Both the position numbers and the translations under genes were made by a program. From Chiloscyllium plagiosum (Eukaryota), in the NCBI RefSeq assembly GCF_004010195.1, contig NC_057719.1, positions 38,620,401 to 38,684,400 on the forward strand: a stretch of 64,000 nt of DNA, written 5' to 3'. Shown piece after piece: positions 62,460-64,000 of this stretch. Every line of letters begins with the position of its first letter. The stretch's first letter is position 1. A model generated the notes under the pieces. It searched no databases. It saw only the letters and a program-made list of their open reading frames with translations, and had not been told where the DNA came from.

Positions 62460-63080
62460 TAGAAACAATAATCTGGGATTCAATTAAATCACTCAGGCAA
62501 ATGTGAATTAAGGAAAGCCAGCATGGATTTGTGAAAAACAAATGGTAATTAACTAATTTCATTGTGCTTTTGGTTAGGTAACTGGGAGGATTGATGAGAA
62601 TAATGAAGGTGACATAGTTTACAGGTCTTCAAAAGACATTGATAATGTGCCCTACAATATGCTTACCAGCAAAGTTTTATGCCTATAGAATAAAAGGGAC
62701 AGTGGCAGCTTGAATATAAAATTGGCTGAGTTACTGAAGGAAAATATCTATTAAGGATTCCCAGGAGTCAACATTAATACAGCTGCTTTACTTGATCTAC
62801 ATTGGTGACATGGACATGGGTGTATGAGTAAAACTTCAAAATGTCTGTGCATCATAAGCATTATCAGCTGTGAAAAGAATAGTAATAAACATCAAGAGGT
62901 GTAGACAGGCTGGTGGAATGGATGGATTGGGACAGATAATACAGAAAACTGTGAAGTGATTCATTTTGGTAGGAAGCGGAAGAACAGAATTTTAAAAAAA
63001 ATTCTAAATGAAGAGGGGTTATACACACAAAAGATATTGAAGGCAGCCAGGCAGGTTGAGAGCATTTTTCAGAAATATTT
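62460..63080 (+). mobile_element. Old CR1 RT fragment
   Basis: AGCCAGCATGGATTTGTGAAA (SQHGFVK) and TGTGAAGTGATTCATTTTGGTAGGAAG (CEVIHFGRK). Confidence 0.7.
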
Positions 63081-64000
63081 TGAGGTAGGGTGTTTTACAT
63101 TGCCTTTGCATCTCTTCAAAACCAGATGAAATCAATACATAATTATGTTAGCCTTTAATACAAAATTACACACAAAGTGGTATAAATTGACAATCTGACA
63201 CAAAGTGTACATTGGGATTATTTATGTTAGAAGTAGCAAAATACAGGACACTGCAGTGAATGTTTTTTTTCTGAACTTTGAGTTGGTCAATTTTAGTCAA
63301 ATACAGACTATGCCATACCTGAAAAAGGAAAATCTTGCTGCAGAATCTAGCTGACAGGAATGAAATGCTTACTTCTGCAGCACTGACCTACTTTGACAGT
63401 CCCTGGAGCTTGCATGTTAACAATAGGCATCCCTACACCAGATGACAAGCACAAAGTCCTTTCCTATGAAGACACTGTCCACAACAGCTGTTGCCAGACA
63501 GATGCAGCAATGGGTTCAAATATGGTGTTGACATCTTTGTGTATGCAGCCAGCCAGTCTCTATATTTTGCTGGAATTATTGCTGAGTGTCTAAAAGCTGG
63601 TGTGCGGTATAGGATATACGACCATTAACAATGTCTCACTATCTAAGCCTGAACAGCACAACCCCAAAATGTGTAGTGTGTTTTTTCAGCTGGTTGCTGC
63701 TGACTGTGCTCAAAGAGAATAGAGTATTATAAATAATTGAACCCATAAACCTAATCCTGGACCATCATTCCTCACATCCAAACTCGCTTGCCCTTTATTT
63801 TTGTCTTGTGCTTGGATTCACATGTTACTCTTCTTTATGAACTTATCAAGATTGACTGCCGAGGTGCTTACACTACTGCTTGATATGTTGCTGTCATTAC
63901 AACCATGATTTAGTAACACAAACTTATTGTGACTAACAGCCTCTGGTAGGCATACATAAATATACATACTTATTGATGTTCTGTGGTTTTCTATATGTTG

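Noticed and set aside
63470..63630. Peptide NGFKYGVDIFVY, reminiscent of a tRNA-splicing endonuclease motif
   Set aside because: Short match bounded by stops, with no flanking similarity or convincing splice sites; likely chance.

Overview
Vertebrate (not microbial) genomic DNA, most likely a cartilaginous fish/shark; this is inferred from HE1-like V-SINEs, Deu-domain SINEs and abundant CR1 LINEs. The only host coding sequence I can support is the first coding exon of CDC42BPB (MRCK-beta; 33868-34042, minus strand, 175 nt, GT donor). Its CpG-island promoter lies at ~34.4-34.8 kb and intron 1 runs off the left edge. A ~1.2 kb hierarchical minisatellite (31/62/186 bp periods) abuts the promoter. 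The rest is largely transposon debris: many CR1 LINEs (one with a near-complete, frameshifted ORF2), Rex1/Babar, RTE and Tx1 fragments, V-SINEs and Deu-SINEs, a Tigger/pogo-type MITE and a hAT transposase fossil. Two signals stand out. (1) About 15 short, mostly self-inverted Penelope-like insertions from several families; many have 10-15 bp target-site duplications and carry remnants of a minimal hammerhead-ribozyme core (CUGANGA-stem II-GAAA-NUH) whose stem II covaries between families. (2) A decayed histone H2B copy that ends at its 3' stem-loop with no poly(A), inserted in an old LINE. Family names come from motif recognition only, and repeat boundaries are approximate unless a TSD or TIR is cited.
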